DNA of 64,000 nucleotides. Origin: Takakia lepidozioides (lineage: Eukaryota > Plantae > Bryophyta). The stretch lies in NCBI GenBank assembly GCA_030704615.1, contig CM060732.1, forward strand, positions 39,990,001-40,054,000, written 5' to 3'. The notes under the pieces were generated by a model that ran no database searches, was not told the DNA's origin, and saw nothing but the letters and a program-made list of their open reading frames with translations. The translations under genes were made by a program, and so were the position numbers. Shown in pieces: positions 26,121-38,956 of the stretch (within the stretch, counting starts at the first letter, position 1; every line of letters begins with the position of its first letter).

Positions 26121-26993
26121 CTGCAAGGGTTCAATATGCTCGTACAAGCTGAGAATTATAATGCACATTTTGACACTGCTATTATGCAGATTCAGGACAA
26201 CTTGTCTCAGGAGAAGAAGGCACAGAAGCCGCAGTCACCCCCATAAGCTTATGCAATCACACATCCTAACAGATCCAAGTGATCAAAGGTTCAACTCAGT
26301 CATAAGCGCTAAGACATCTCAGTAGAGCTTCTGATAGACAGAATAACTTCAACGCTGCACAGACGCCACCTGCATGGGGACATCTGAGGAATTATTACAG
26401 CTCCACTGCGAATTGGAGTTTAGTATTGACAAAGAGAAGAATACAAGTAACAATTGGGTGTCTTCGACTCCACAAACTTGACTTCATTGGTTTAACTGCA
26501 ACCTCTTTGCCTAAGTGCCTGGTCATAATGTACACCTCAATGCACCAGCAGCACATGAGTCTGCCAGGGCCCAGCAAGCAGGCCAGCGCACAGAATTCTG
26601 TTGACTCAAAACAACACACAGAACGCTTGCCAAGTGATGTGGGTAATCATCCCTACCCATGAAGATGTGTGAGCACTCCTTACTTTTTATGTGATCTCAT
26701 TTCCCTCCCTCCATTTCCTGTGAAGGGCACCTGTCTGCAATTTCCATTATCATATTGACATGCAATCCAGTACAAAGCATTTGCCTTTGTCTCATCACCT
26801 GCCCGTCGTCCATGGCTGGGCCTCTTCTCCATGCAGGCACACGGGCAAAGCCTGCTGAAAATGCTAATTCGACTTCCTTTTGCCATCAAGCCATTATTGT
26901 CATTTGCTGGTACTGCAGTCTGACAGGTTTAACTCTGACACCTTCCTCCATGGACAGAGCCTGAAAGATCCTGAGATGGTTGCATTACACATA

Positions 26994-29564
26994 TCACCTG
27001 CCCTGTGGATTGACAAGCTGGGAGAAAACACCACTTGCAGTAGCAGTCCCTTCAGAGTCCTCACTGCCCAGGCTGAGGTGCTCAGTGGCTGCAATTCCGT
27101 CAGATGAGTCCTCAACAGGAGCCGTCGGTGCTTGTGGCACCAAAGGTGTGCTGTCGTCCATAAGATTATTCTCTGTGGTGTTCTCCTGCAGCTGCAATGC
27201 ATACTCCAGGTTCCACAGCACATCGCCCATGGCAGGACGGTCAATACCCTGCTCTTCCAGGCACTTCTCTGCTGTGTCACCAAATTTGCGAAGTGATTCA
27301 GCATTGCAGGAGCCCATCAGCCGAGGATCTATGATCTGATCCAGCATCCCCATCTTTTGCCACTTCATTGCCCACTCAGCTATGTTAACTTCCTCCCGTG
27401 GCAATGTTGGGTTGATTGCAGGCCTAGCGCACAGCACCTCCATCAGGACAACACCAAAGGAGTAAACATCTGATTTCTCTGTTAGCTGCTGCCTGCGGAA
27501 ATACTCAGGGTCCAGGTATCCAAAGCTGCCCTTCACGGCTGTGCTCACATGTGTCTGATCTACCGCTGGCCCAGTCTTGGACAATCCAAAGTCAGCAACT
27601 TTGGCCACAAAATTCTCATCTAACAAGATGTTGGTGGTCTTCACATCCCGATGAATGATACCCTGGGCCGCACCGGTGTGCAAGTAGTGCAAGCCTCGGG
27701 CAGAACCCACACATATCTCCAGCCGTTGCTTCCATGACAGAGATGGCAGTTCAGTTCCATACAGATGCCCACGCAAGGGTCCATTGGCCATGTAGTCATA
27801 CACAAGAATCATTTCACCGTGCTCCTCACAATAGCCGATCAGTGAAACCAAGTGGCGATGGCGCAACTTCGACAGCATCTCGATCTCAGTCTGAAACTCT
27901 GTTAGGCCCTGCTCAGAGCGTGGGTTACCCCGCTTCACAGCCACTTGTGAGCCATCTTCAAGGTCCCCCTTGTAAACCTTACCAAAGCCGCCCACACCAA
28001 GCAGCAATGCTTCATCAAAATTGTTGGTGGCCTCCTTCAGCTCTGCAAAGGTGAAGTACCGACCAAGATTAGATGTCGCTGCAGAAATATGGCTACCTGT
28101 CCCACTCTTGTGAGATGTTGAAGAGCCCTTGCTTGTTGTGGTTTCTGAGTTGCCTCCATGGAGAGGCAGGGGGAGCCAGGCAGGGGGTGGTTTCTCGGCA
28201 CCTTTGGCTTTGTGAGAGCAGCAGAAGAAAACGATGCCAGCAGACAGCACAAGCAGGGCGGCTAGGCCTCCTACCGTTGCACCTACAATCACCCCCAGGT
28301 TATTACTTCTCCCCCCATTCATCAAATCCTGTGGAATGATAGACTCCGAAGGGTTGGGCCCTGCCAAACTACCAGCTGAGTTATTGAGCTTCATAATCTC
28401 TATACCATTGAGAATAGCATCCCGGTATTCTGAAGTGGCGCTGGGATCCGGCCCTATCTGTAGCCACAATGCGTTAGAACCCTTGAACATGGATGCTGCA
28501 TAGTCCCGGTACATGGCCGTATCGGCAGCCCCTGTTAGCTGAATAATATCGACACCGGAGGCAGCAGTCTGGTTGTTGATATAGATCACAAACACACGCT
28601 GGTTGATCGATGTGTATTGTATCTCACAAAAATGAAGTCGGATGTAATAGGTGTAGCCCAGATCCACAGGGAATACCCAAGTGAGATTGAAGTTCTGGTT
28701 GAGGGTTGAAGACACCGCCATGGTTCGGGCATACGCATACACAATGGGAGGAGCAATGTACCTAGGCAAGACGGTTGGATACACAACTTCATTGACCCCT
28801 ATATTACCGGTTCGCCCAGTGGCAGCAGAAAAAATGTAGCCAGTATCTGTTTCCCAGGTCCGCTCCATTCCAATTGAATCGTTTTGTGGAGTCACAACGG
28901 GTCCTCCAACATTCACACGATACATGGTTTGCAGGGCAAGGTTGGCCAGACCAAACTGATCGACTGTGTTTGGACCTAAGAGCTGAGCATCATCGGCCAG
29001 TGCACCATCCGGTACCGAGAGAACCTGAAGAGCGTTGATGAATGCATAAGAGCCTTGCTCTGGCTCAAACGTAAGAATGAGAGAATCAGACGTCACATTG
29101 AGCGTGTATTCTCTGAATAAAGAGGGATAATCAGAAGATGTAAAGGACACGGCGCTGAAGTTGGAGAGGAGCACAAACCCGTTGGCAACCACCGAGAAGA
29201 GGGACGCATTGGGTTGGTAATCCCCATACTGGAAGGGATAGAAATAGAGCCGAACCCAATGCCTTCCTGGATTGACGCTGAAGGAATAAAACGATTTCGT
29301 AGTGAAAAACCGTGCGGATAGCAACAACTGGTCGTAGGGCAAGTTCGGATTCTGCTGGCTCGTAGCCCCAACTAGCCCACCTGATGCTACAGGTTTTGAT
29401 GTATTGTCTGCCACGAAAACTTGCCCATTCACGGTGACATTCGTGGAGGAGCCACAGCTGATAGCAATGTCGTCAGCGGGGACGAAATCTGCAGCCCATG
29501 CCACCCCACACAACACCATCACCACGCACACCTGCGCAAAGCCCCTCCCCATCCACACCCACAT
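26994..29564 (-). CDS. CrRLK1L (FERONIA/THESEUS1-like) malectin-like receptor kinase, intronless; start ATG 29564 or 29552
   Basis: Signal peptide, two malectin-like domains (GRHWVRLYF, TMYRVNVGG, IRLHFCEI), TM helix, kinase motifs (GVGGFG, HRDVKTTN, DFG, GSFGYLDPEY) and C-terminal VFSQLVNPQGR. Confidence 0.97.
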   Translation of the reverse strand: MWVWMGRGFAQVCVVMVLCGVAWAADFVPADDIAISCGSSTNVTVNGQVFVADNTSKPVASGGLVGATSQQNPNLPYDQLLLSARFFTTKSFYSFSVNPGRHWVRLYFYPFQYGDYQPNASLFSVVANGFVLLSNFSAVSFTSSDYPSLFREYTLNVTSDSLILTFEPEQGSYAFINALQVLSVPDGALADDAQLLGPNTVDQFGLANLALQTMYRVNVGGPVVTPQNDSIGMERTWETDTGYIFSAATGRTGNIGVNEVVYPTVLPRYIAPPIVYAYARTMAVSSTLNQNFNLTWVFPVDLGYTYYIRLHFCEIQYTSINQRVFVIYINNQTAASGVDIIQLTGAADTAMYRDYAASMFKGSNALWLQIGPDPSATSEYRDAILNGIEIMKLNNSAGSLAGPNPSESIIPQDLMNGGRSNNLGVIVGATVGGLAALLVLSAGIVFFCCSHKAKGAEKPPPAWLPLPLHGGNSETTTSKGSSTSHKSGTGSHISAATSNLGRYFTFAELKEATNNFDEALLLGVGGFGKVYKGDLEDGSQVAVKRGNPRSEQGLTEFQTEIEMLSKLRHRHLVSLIGYCEEHGEMILVYDYMANGPLRGHLYGTELPSLSWKQRLEICVGSARGLHYLHTGAAQGIIHRDVKTTNILLDENFVAKVADFGLSKTGPAVDQTHVSTAVKGSFGYLDPEYFRRQQLTEKSDVYSFGVVLMEVLCARPAINPTLPREEVNIAEWAMKWQKMGMLDQIIDPRLMGSCNAESLRKFGDTAEKCLEEQGIDRPAMGDVLWNLEYALQLQENTTENNLMDDSTPLVPQAPTAPVEDSSDGIAATEHLSLGSEDSEGTATASGVFSQLVNPQGR

Positions 29565-30290
29565 CCCGAACAAACTCCAACGTCTCTCAACAGCTCTCCT
29601 CCTTCCAATCTTTCCTCCTCTCCCACGGCATCCGCACCCAAATCTCTTCCGACCCACTAGCTCTGTCAATGTGTCCCACAAGCTACACACTCTTCAGCTC
29701 AAATCTAACACAGCCCACTGTCAAACGACACTGCAACTAACCAAAGCCGTCTATCCTGGCCCGTGGGAGAAGGAGGGTTGCTTGCAAGCCCGGCATTAAG
29801 GTCTCTCCGGAGGTGTGACTGCGCGCAGAGGAAGTGAGCCAGGCCAGCTACAGACCGACCTATCTTGCCAGTCAGGAAGCAATCCTGTCAGTACGTAGAC
29901 ACTCCCTCTCCACTCTTCTTCCTCCACTTTTTCGTTTTCCCCATCGCCGCCCCTTAGCTTTCCTTGAAATACAAACAAAATACCCACAAATCTCTTTTGT
30001 TTGCAAGAAAGACAACCGACACTTTCTTTACTTAAAATACATGATTCAGTCTTTACTCATCCCTACGTACAGACACCCTAGTTACCTGCCTATCTATTAG
30101 TGCAAGGGCCAAATTATGGATCTGCCATCTAAAGTGTTGAGCGGCTAGCTGTTATTAGGATGCCGGACAACTGTTGTGTTCACATTGCCAAGTCCCAGAA
30201 ACAAGTAGACAAATATCGTTCAAACATGTAGTTCTCTTGGTTCGCTTTTCTTCCTTTTGGCACCCCCAAGTCAAACAAACAATAATCAAC

Positions 30291-30571
30291 CAATGCAACT
30301 AGTTTTCCGTCCTCCTCAACGCAAATGCGGTTACAATTCTCTTCACATGGCACCGAGGTCAATTAAATGTTCATTGCCCAGCCCAATTAGCTCTAACCCA
30401 CGTCCTCAAAATGCAAATGCAGTTAGGGCCAAACGATAATCATATTATTGACCACCCCAACTAAATCTACCTTATGTCCTCACAATGCAAATGCGGTTAT
30501 GGCCAAACAATAATGGACCAGCCCAACTAGCTCTAACCTATGTCCTCACAATGGACATGCGGTTAGGGCCC
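30291..30571. repeat. Degenerate tandem array of about four 60-100-bp units
   Basis: Recurring core CCAACTAGCTCTAACC...GTCCTCACAATGCAAATGCGGTTA.GGCC. Confidence 0.7.
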
Positions 30572-32344
30572 ATGACCGTGCCTCATGATATCTGAGTAGG
30601 GTGATGTGAGGGGAGAACCCAATGCACCGACCTTTGTCCTGTCTCTCCATGCACGAAAAGCAAGGTCCATCCGTCCGGGGAGTGGGACCACCTCTGTAGC
30701 TTGGGAAGCTGTGTTGTTGATAACATATGGTGTTAGAACACAGGTTTTTTGAGTAATGGGAAAGTGAGTGTGTGTCCATCATGCCTATTTGTTGGACCTG
30801 CCAATAAAGACCAGGACTGCCTGCAAGTAGTAAGGACCTCCCTCAGTGGCTTTGTGACGTCTGTCCTCTTGGCTGCCAGCTATGGGCTCCACCCGTGGCT
30901 GGGAAAGTGCCGAGAAGTAGTCGGAGCTTCTGAGAGTAGCAGGAGTCAAGGACGCTCAAGAAGACGGGAGATGTTTGCGGCTGAATCTCAGCAGGACAAC
31001 GGCGCCATTACTAATGAACTACAACGATTGTATCTAGAAGCCTTTTGAGCTCCCACATGTCTTCCATTCCTACAATATAGAGGCATGGATGTTAAGACTT
31101 GTTACTATAAAAATCTCCACATAATCAGGTGTGTTCCACTTGTGGAACATCGATGGATCTGAATGTAGATCTGACACTTCCCACAGAGAAAGATAAGATA
31201 AAGTTTCCCACAGAGAGAAGATGGTAAAGTTTTAGATTATACATGCAATGAACGTGGTGTGGCATCCCATGAGCCTTTTGCTCGGCTCCTCATGGCCAGG
31301 TGTTATCTTCTCCCCTCACTAAGTTGGCTTGTGAGGAGGCCTGATTTGAGGGGCCTGATTTGTGCCCGGTCACTGGCTTCCGGGTGTTTCCTTTTCAGAA
31401 AAGAGAAAACACTGCAAATCAACTGTCAACACAAAGGACTTTAGTGGATGGAAATGGGGAGCAATCAATGCAAAAGTCTATCCACTAGAGCACCAGTCTT
31501 GCCTCAATCTATGGAGATCACAGAATAGGGCCCACTAGGCCTACGCTCTTTCTGTGGGAGTGTGAAATCAAGTGCGAATCAAGTTAGAAGCTCCGTAACT
31601 GTGATAACAACCACACTAGTGCAACTTTGGTAGATCAAAATGGAGAGAAATCAATCCAAAAGTCCCTCAATGTAGGAAGATGGAGATCCCCTGTACATTT
31701 TTGCATGCAAAACACTGGAGCCAGGATTTTCCTCCTTGTTGCTTGCATCGTTCACCACTGTCTCTGCAATAAGGTTTTCCATAACTTGAATGCTGGTCCT
31801 TAGTGAAGGCTTGAAAGGGGATCATCAACACAAAAGAGTGTGCTATTGGCTAGATCGGATTCACTATAATGACTTCGTAATTGTCTACTTTGCTTATAAA
31901 TCATAGCAAAATTATGACCTTTTCCAACCCTCTCATCTGAAACCAAGCAATTTCTTTTCTGCCTGTTGTTTGTTAGAAAAGCCTACCCAAAGGACATATT
32001 CTCAATATCAGAGAGAAGGATTCATATATAAAAATTGATACTCCTAAACGGTTAGGGATCAGATGTTACCAGTAATCCCCACAAGAACAAACCCCTTCTT
32101 GGAAATCATGGAAGTCATTGCTCTCTTATAAAACAACTCCTAGCCCAATAATATTTCGAGATGACCTTGCTAGGGGGGTATGGGAGCCACCACACATTCG
32201 AAGGTTCTTGATGACAAAAGGAATCTCTGGGGGCATGCGTGAGCCCAAAAATCAAGGGTCAACTTCTGGCTGTGGTGGCAAAGAGGAACTACCTTTTGTT
32301 TCTCTTCCACATCATGCAATACAGATGCATGTTAAGTGACGATA

Positions 32345-32570
32345 TAGCTCCAATATATGTTAAACATGGGTGTATTATGAGGCCCTCCACCTGTTTAAGT
32401 ATGTGCAACAGGAAGGCTTGAAACCAGATACCACTTGAAGAACAGATCATCTTTATGCAGTGTTCTCTCCAATGCTGACATACTGGACAAAGGTGGGCCA
32501 TATTGTGGTTCCATCAGTCAAGATCGTGGTGTCAAGCACACAATGGAGCATTTTGGTTGCATGTGCACCA
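32345..32570 (+). pseudogene. Degenerate PPR fragment
   Basis: YVKHG / EALHLFKYVQQEGLKPDT / MEHFGCM motifs spread across frameshifts. Confidence 0.55.
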
Positions 32571-32734
32571 TCTTAATCATGGAGCCCAACTAGAGGCAAA
32601 TAACTTCAATATCTTCATGAACATTAAAATGCGGACCAAAGATGCTGTGGTGCAGGGGACCTAACTTGTTGCTTGCAGAATTCATAGCAGTGGAGCTCGC
32701 AGAAGGTGCAGCAAAAACACCTTCTTGAGAGTTG

Positions 32735-32972
32735 TCCACAGCAAGATGGAGATTATGTAATGCTATCGAACAGACAACCATGCTGCTAATTGGGAAAAAA
32801 GCAAGGCGAGAAAACATTATGGAGGAAAAGGTGTTAGATTAAGAGCCAGAGTGTGATCCACAGCAAGATGGAGATTATGTGCTGCAATCGAACAGACAAC
32901 CATGCTGCCAATTGGGACCAGAACACAAAGGCTAGGAAACATGATGAGGACAAGGTGTTAGAAAAGAGCCAG
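32735..32972. repeat. Tandem duplication of an ~120-bp unit
   Basis: TCCACAGCAAGATGGAGATTATGT...CGAACAGACAACCATGCTGC...AAGGTGTTAGA..AAGAGCCAG occurs twice. Confidence 0.85.
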
Positions 32973-33501
32973 CGCACCGCTGCATTGAGATCAGCAACAA
33001 GGTGCACAGAAGACAAATTGCATCCACAACTTGAGGAAATTCTGGCTGAGGTAAAAAGACTTGGAGGCGGCCCTGTATGCTTGGGTGCACTTTATGGCAT
33101 ACATGTCGGTAAGAGCAGTGTCACAATGGACTTCTTTATCCTTTTCCATGGATACTGAGTACACAAATGTAGCAACCTTATTGTGTCACACCTTCTCATA
33201 TCTTTTGCTCATAGATGTGGACAGCCTTTCTACCTACCACATTCCAGTTAGCCATGCTATCAATGCCCCTGCATTTCACATACATGTACTCAAAAAGGAC
33301 AATTTCCAGAATGATATCTACCCCATGCATAAGTGAGAGCTTTCAAATGTACAATGCGAGTGTGAGTGTCAAGTTTATAACCAAGAGTTTGAGTCATGCA
33401 GGCCGGCCAAGGCCTAGTTGCTTGTTGATGTTAGATATGACCACGTTACCAGAAGGAGTAACAAGAAATTTTGCTTGCACTGGTGGGGATGTGAGCCCAT
33501 G

Positions 33502-33690
33502 GAATGACTGAGAAAGGTGCTATTCATTCTGCACCAACCAGGCCTTCTGCCAATCTCCAAAACCTACATTTGTGTCTTGTAGGAGGGATGTTGGCACAAA
33601 ACTAAGTCAGGATGACTGAAAGAGTTGCTGATGCATTCTGCACCAACCAGGCATCCTGCCAAGCTCCAAGAATTGTGTTTGTCTTGTATG
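33502..33690. repeat. Short diverged direct duplication (~80-bp core)
   Basis: ATGACTGA...CATTCTGCACCAACCAGGC...CTGCCAA.CTCCAA...GTCTTGTA occurs twice. Confidence 0.7.
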
Positions 33691-33764
33691 AGTGAATCAG
33701 GATGGAAGACATATCAAATAGATAGTAAGTTTGTACCCACATTATCCAAAAGCCAAACAACGTT

Positions 33765-33935
33765 AGCATGCATATGGTAGGGAGACTTTGGAGATGCATA
33801 AGCAAATGCATAGAGAAGGGATGCCACTGAACAAATGCATCAAAGAAGGGGTGACACTGGACAATGTCATGTTCATTGAGTGTGTGAGCCTAAGAGTCAT
33901 AAGAGAGGACAGGAGATCCATGTGAAATATTGAGA
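33765..33935 (+). pseudogene. Degenerate PPR fragment
   Basis: HAYGRETLEMHKQMHREG / KEGVTLDNVMFI / GQEIHV. Confidence 0.5.
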
Positions 33936-36144
33936 CACATCTCTCCATGATAACAGACTTCTTGCTACATGTTAACAGGGTTACAGTGATATAGTTTGAG
34001 AAGAACATACCAATCCTATTTGTATGAGGTTGAACTCTGGAATCATGAGCAAACAATACCAAGTTTATCCTGACTGGAGTGTAGATTAACATTATGTCCA
34101 TCAGCAGATGGTGCTCAACTTTGTGTCATGGCACCTTGTTTTCACCCAAAAAGGTTTAAGCAACCTTCAATCCAAAGGGTCTCTTTTGCCTGCTTAGGTC
34201 TGAAGTCTGGTGATCTTGGAATTTTGCTGCTTAGACCACAGGTGAGCAGGCATAGCTTCAACCGCACCCAGGTAGAACTAAAAAGGCTCCAATCAATTTT
34301 CAAATTACAAGGAACGACCTTGAAAACCTACTGATCCTATGATATATACATATATATATATATATATGACGCCAGCCGGAGCTAGCAGACAGCAGGCAGA
34401 ACTTACACTTGTCTATGGATTCAACTATTCACTCAAATGCTGCCACCCACCCTCCCTGCCAACAGTAAGAAGACCTAAGACCACCACAACACCTCAAGGG
34501 GTCCTATGATTGAACAAGTGCACCTTTCAGGAGCTCAAACTTTCTCACAACACGAGGCTCAGGTTTTGGCATGTAAGCCTTAAGGAGGAAGGACTGACTT
34601 AAAGACAATTTTCAGTTCCATTCTCCATTTGACCCAGCACTTAGGTCTAGTATATGTACCGGGCATACCCGAGGGTCAAGCTGAAGGGGAGTGTAGCAAG
34701 CAGAACGAGCTGTCCAAATTGGGCCCACTAATCCATTCGCATCTGACTGCCGCACAAAGGCCATCATCAAGCCCAGTTTATGCTTTAAAAAGAGTTTTCT
34801 TTGCATAACGCCTCCCTTCTAACCAGGGTCAAATTCTCGGCCCGCATCAATCCTTGCATCTACAGATTGAGTTAAACACACATGGCCGAAAAAACTTAGT
34901 GCATCTCTGCAAGAAGAGGGCAAGCAATCAATATTTGAGCCCATTCAATGGTCTCAGTTTTTGTATCATCTTCCAGTAAGCCCTCAGCATTCCCTCTACC
35001 AACCATAAAGCCAATATGTGCAGTTGGATAGGTCTCTCTCTTCGCTGTTTCTTGTCTCTCTCCTTGGACCTATTTCCATTAACACACATGGTCGAGAAAA
35101 CACACTGCGGTCAACATCAAGCCCTTGTGCGGAGCAATCACAGCTTTTGTACCATCTTCCAACGAACCCTCCGCATTCCCTCTACCCAACCGTAAATCTC
35201 CATTCGGAGAGGTCTCTATTCTAACTCTCTCCATCTCTTTGGCCGAATGTCACTAGTTCAAACTTCAGAAACCATAAGCAAATGTTTGATCTCATGAACC
35301 ACTTTGACCACACAAAAGGAAATAACCTCAAACTTCAGGGTGCTCAACTCAATTTCTACTGCTCATGCATAATGAGGAACCACCAAGTCAAAAACTTCTT
35401 CACGATCAAATCTCGTGACTTAAATACCAGTCCAAGGACATCTTAGCAGAGATGCAGACCAAGTGGGTCGTGCCCTGTTGAGGTCTACCACAAATCAGCA
35501 CAGTTTCTATACACCTAAACCCTAAACCCTAACAAAATTACTTTCTTGGAGAGAATGCTCAGTTCTTAAAATCATGCAAATCCATACAACAAGACCTTTG
35601 GATGAAAGAGACAAGTAGAAGAGAGAGCAAATGGATCATAGAGATGGTCCATATAATTGAATTTACATTTGGCCATTTGGCCATGGCGTCAGAGCGCTCA
35701 TAGCCACAACATAAACAGCCTAAAACAAAACCTAAAACCTTGCCCCCACGTCACTAAACTCTTCCAAGCCCTACACTTTATGGCGATCAGATCGCTTACA
35801 GCCCTCATCCTCAATGAAGGTAAGATCTACAGTGGCCAGTGCCATGACTACTAGCAAGGGAAAGTGACTCTTATTTCATGCTAGCTAACTTCTTTTGGCG
35901 TCATATATATAGAGAGAGAGAGAATGGTTGCATATGCTAGGATCTAGAACGGAAGGTTCTCTTGTTGAATTTGACTCCTTTGTCAGCTTGTAACGGTTTT
36001 CGCTTTCGTTCCAGTATGATGGTGATGAGCAGTGTATGTACATGAAATCGATCTTCTTGCTTTGCCGGAAGGGGGAGCTCCAGAAGCTGACAACATTTCT
36101 GAGCGTTGCATTTCATTTTCAACAGCAAGCTCTGGTCCAGATCA

Positions 36145-36849
36145 TTAAGTTTGCGACAGTTGTTGGTGATTCGTCTTGCGGATCCAAATCTTCCTAGTTC
36201 GCCGAGCCCGGGGCTTCGGAGAGGAGTGTGACTTCGAGCTCCCATCTGCACTTGGACGACCGAAGTCTAGATTATCCTCGGGTATGTTGATGGAAACCTG
36301 GTGAGCTGCTAGGGCTCTTTGGGAAGAGCTTGGGGCACATATTACTGACTGAGCTGAAAAAAGCACGTTGATTGAGCTTGGATTATCACTCACGCGGTGA
36401 CGATTGTGGCGGATGGAAGTTTCTTGATATCTCTTGGTTATTGGAGCCTCAGTACATGGCTGAGCCACCCGCCCTCCACCTCGTGCACTTTGCAATGGAC
36501 TTGTTGCTGCGGTTGGGTGATCTAGTGCCTGATCCGGTTCCGAGGCCAGGCCGTTTTCTTTGTGCGGAGAGGAGCAATGATGATCTCGAATTTCTAAGGC
36601 CTCCCCGGAGACAAACGCTGCATCTGAAGCCAGGACGTCGGTCCTACAGATAGGGCAGCTTGATTTATCACGAAACCACTCGTCGATGCACTTAAAATGG
36701 AAGGTGTGATTGCACTCGGGCAGCACACATCCTAATTCTTTCTCCTTCAGATTTTCCAAACAGATAACACACCCTAGGATGTCTGCTTCCGACATGCAGA
36801 CAAATGTGGGCAGTGACTCCATGACGGCCTTCAGCTCAAGCGGCCCCAT
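36145..36849 (-). CDS. ATL-like RING-H2 zinc-finger protein (open frame extends to 36990; N-terminal TM segment not intact)
   Basis: GLD-like segment (MESLPTF), then CVICLENL...LPECNHTFHFKCIDEWFRDKSSCPICR (C3H2C3 RING-H2). Confidence 0.75.
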   Translation of the reverse strand: MGPLELKAVMESLPTFVCMSEADILGCVICLENLKEKELGCVLPECNHTFHFKCIDEWFRDKSSCPICRTDVLASDAAFVSGEALEIRDHHCSSPHKENGLASEPDQALDHPTAATSPLQSARGGGRVAQPCTEAPITKRYQETSIRHNRHRVSDNPSSINVLFSAQSVICAPSSSQRALAAHQVSINIPEDNLDFGRPSADGSSKSHSSPKPRARRTRKIWIRKTNHQQLSQT

Positions 36850-37736
36850 GACAGACTTTGTTGACGTACGGGCCCGCTCCTCGATCCTCGTCTCTTCAAG
36901 AGGCTGCCGCAGCTTACAACAGATAACAGAATAATATGGTACTTGTAAACCTTGGGCAATCACACCAACATAACACGGCCTAGAGCTCAATTATCCCAAG
37001 CAAATCATCCCCGTCTGGACACGAATGACATGAATTTCAACATTTAACAAGTTAAAAACTCAGAGAGCACTTGATCATATAGTTCTAACTCCTCTGGAAC
37101 CAAAAACATGTAGTGCATGTTTTTGAAGAGCTCGGCCTGTCGAGAGTCTTTTATAGTGCGCACTTACACAGTTCCACCACTACCAAATAAAGCATCTTTT
37201 CACTTTTAGATTGCTTTTAGTCCGAGGATGTGCAAGCTTACGAAAGCTTGCTGTTCGTAGAAAAGTTAAAGTTAGCTAAATGTTGTGCACAAAAGAACTT
37301 AGCTCAGCTAATTTGGGGACCACCGGATACGAGGGCAATCGTTCTGCGTAGGCTTTCGCATCAAGATCGATTGTGACAACTGCGCGCCTGCCAGGTCGGG
37401 TTTTGGGGCAATTTATGCTGGATTCAACGTACAGTGTACAAACTTTTAGATCATGAAATCCCGGTCCATTCCATTGCGTGATAGTCAGTGGCTAGTCGAT
37501 TGATCTGAAGGCGGACGCCTGCGAAAAAAATTCACGGTTCTGCCGAATAAGAGACCTAAAAAGCGGCAGAATCGACTACAGGCTTGCTGACTGATACGAT
37601 TTCGGATGTAAGCCCATGAGAATTTTCTTGAAATCCTTTACAGTAATCAACAGATTGTGATCAACTGTGTATCATGGAGCTCGCTTTCGCCCAAGGATGG
37701 GCTAAGCACCTCTGAATCCGAGCATTTCGGTCTCGC

Positions 37737-38113
37737 TGGGACAATCAGACCAAGTTCAATTGAATGAATACTTTGAAAACAGAATTCTTGTCCAAGAAGT
37801 TGGGCTTGTGTTGAGGATAAAACCATTCTGGCAATGGTCGATGTAGACCCTGTGAAGCAAATCACTAGTATGAAGCCTGTCTGAAGTCGTGCTGAAAGTG
37901 GAATTCATCTGGTGTGGCCAACTCCCAAAATTAAACCACCTCCATCTCAGAGACGAGATCGCTCGGGTACTCATGTTCCGATTCGTTTCATTGAATCATA
38001 ATTTCTCAACCTTCTTTTTTCTCCGTTTGATGGTCTACGGTGGAAGCATGTAGGAAAGGAGATATCTTGCACCATATTGATCTATCACTTAGCACTGGAA
38101 CTCTGCTTGGCTT
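37737..38113. repeat. Dispersed repeat A, copy 2
   Basis: Homologous to 23831-24188. Confidence 0.85.
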
Positions 38114-38623
38114 CTTTGGTGCAAAATGTTGCACCTGAAAAGTCTTGTGCAGAGTCTTGGTGAATCAATAAATGGAAAAATCGAACCAAAACGATTTGTG
38201 TCGAGCTGAATGCGACCATTTGTAACGCCTTCCTGGCCATGCAGGGTGATTGAACGATGCAGAGGACATCACATAACCCCTAGTGTCTGAAGGACATTTG
38301 CCGTAATTCGCTGCACCACCCTGCCTTGCAGCTACTACAGGTGTCTGTCCTCATAGCACTGTGGATGGTAGTACTTAACCACATCCAATTACTGCTGTGC
38401 ATGCGGCCATGGAATTCCAGGCTGCCTCTAATACCGGGGTGGTATGAAACCCAGATCCCTTTTTGAGAAGAGCGTTATCCCGCCGGTGTAGCAACGGTCG
38501 ATCCGTGACCCTTCTGGAAAACTTTTGTTAGAAGGAAAATGGGCATTGCAACCAGTGATGTTGTCGATAGATCTAAGCAGTGCTTAATGTAGCAGTGCTC
38601 ATGAATGTGATCAACTGGTGTAC

Positions 38624-38956
38624 TTTCTAACATGCTACCAATTGTACCGTTTGTTGAATGAAAATTCAGTTCCTGGTTCCTTGTGCGCGAGCAGTATGAC
38701 TATTTTGACCTACTTTTCCATATCCTGATGTTAACCCCGGTACTGCCACCCCTTGGGAGATTTTAGTATCCAGTCAGGAGCAGTTCTAAAAGGACGTGCC
38801 AGAGCCAAACCTCGCGAGTATACTAGTACATTGCCCCTAGTACATTCTAAGTTGTCATCAATGAAATTTTGTTATGGCGGCAAGATCATAGCTGAAGAAG
38901 GCAGCCTGGATGAAGCATGGGTGCAAATCCATGGGATCTAGAGTATCAGATTTCCG
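38624..38956. repeat. Dispersed repeat B, copy 1 (copy 2 at 63149-63547)
   Basis: Shared GACTATTTTGACCTACTTTTCCATATC and GGCAGCCTGGATGAAGCATGGGTGCAAATCCATGGGATCTAGAGTATCAGATTTCCG. Confidence 0.9.

Noticed and set aside
27734-29371. Antisense and alternate-frame ORFs over the kinase gene
   Set aside because: Expected shadows of a long GC-balanced CDS.
29565-29690. N-terminal 42-aa extension of the CrRLK1L ORF
   Set aside because: Non-ATG start from the ORF caller; the signal peptide begins at the downstream ATGs.
30291-30571. Repeat-spacer-like array (CRISPR?)
   Set aside because: Units are degenerate along their whole length, there are no unique spacers or cas genes, and the context is eukaryotic; ordinary minisatellite.
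35514-35532. CCTAAACCCTAAACCCTAA telomere-like repeat
   Set aside because: Under three units; common telo-box-like motif, no evidence of a chromosome end or fusion.
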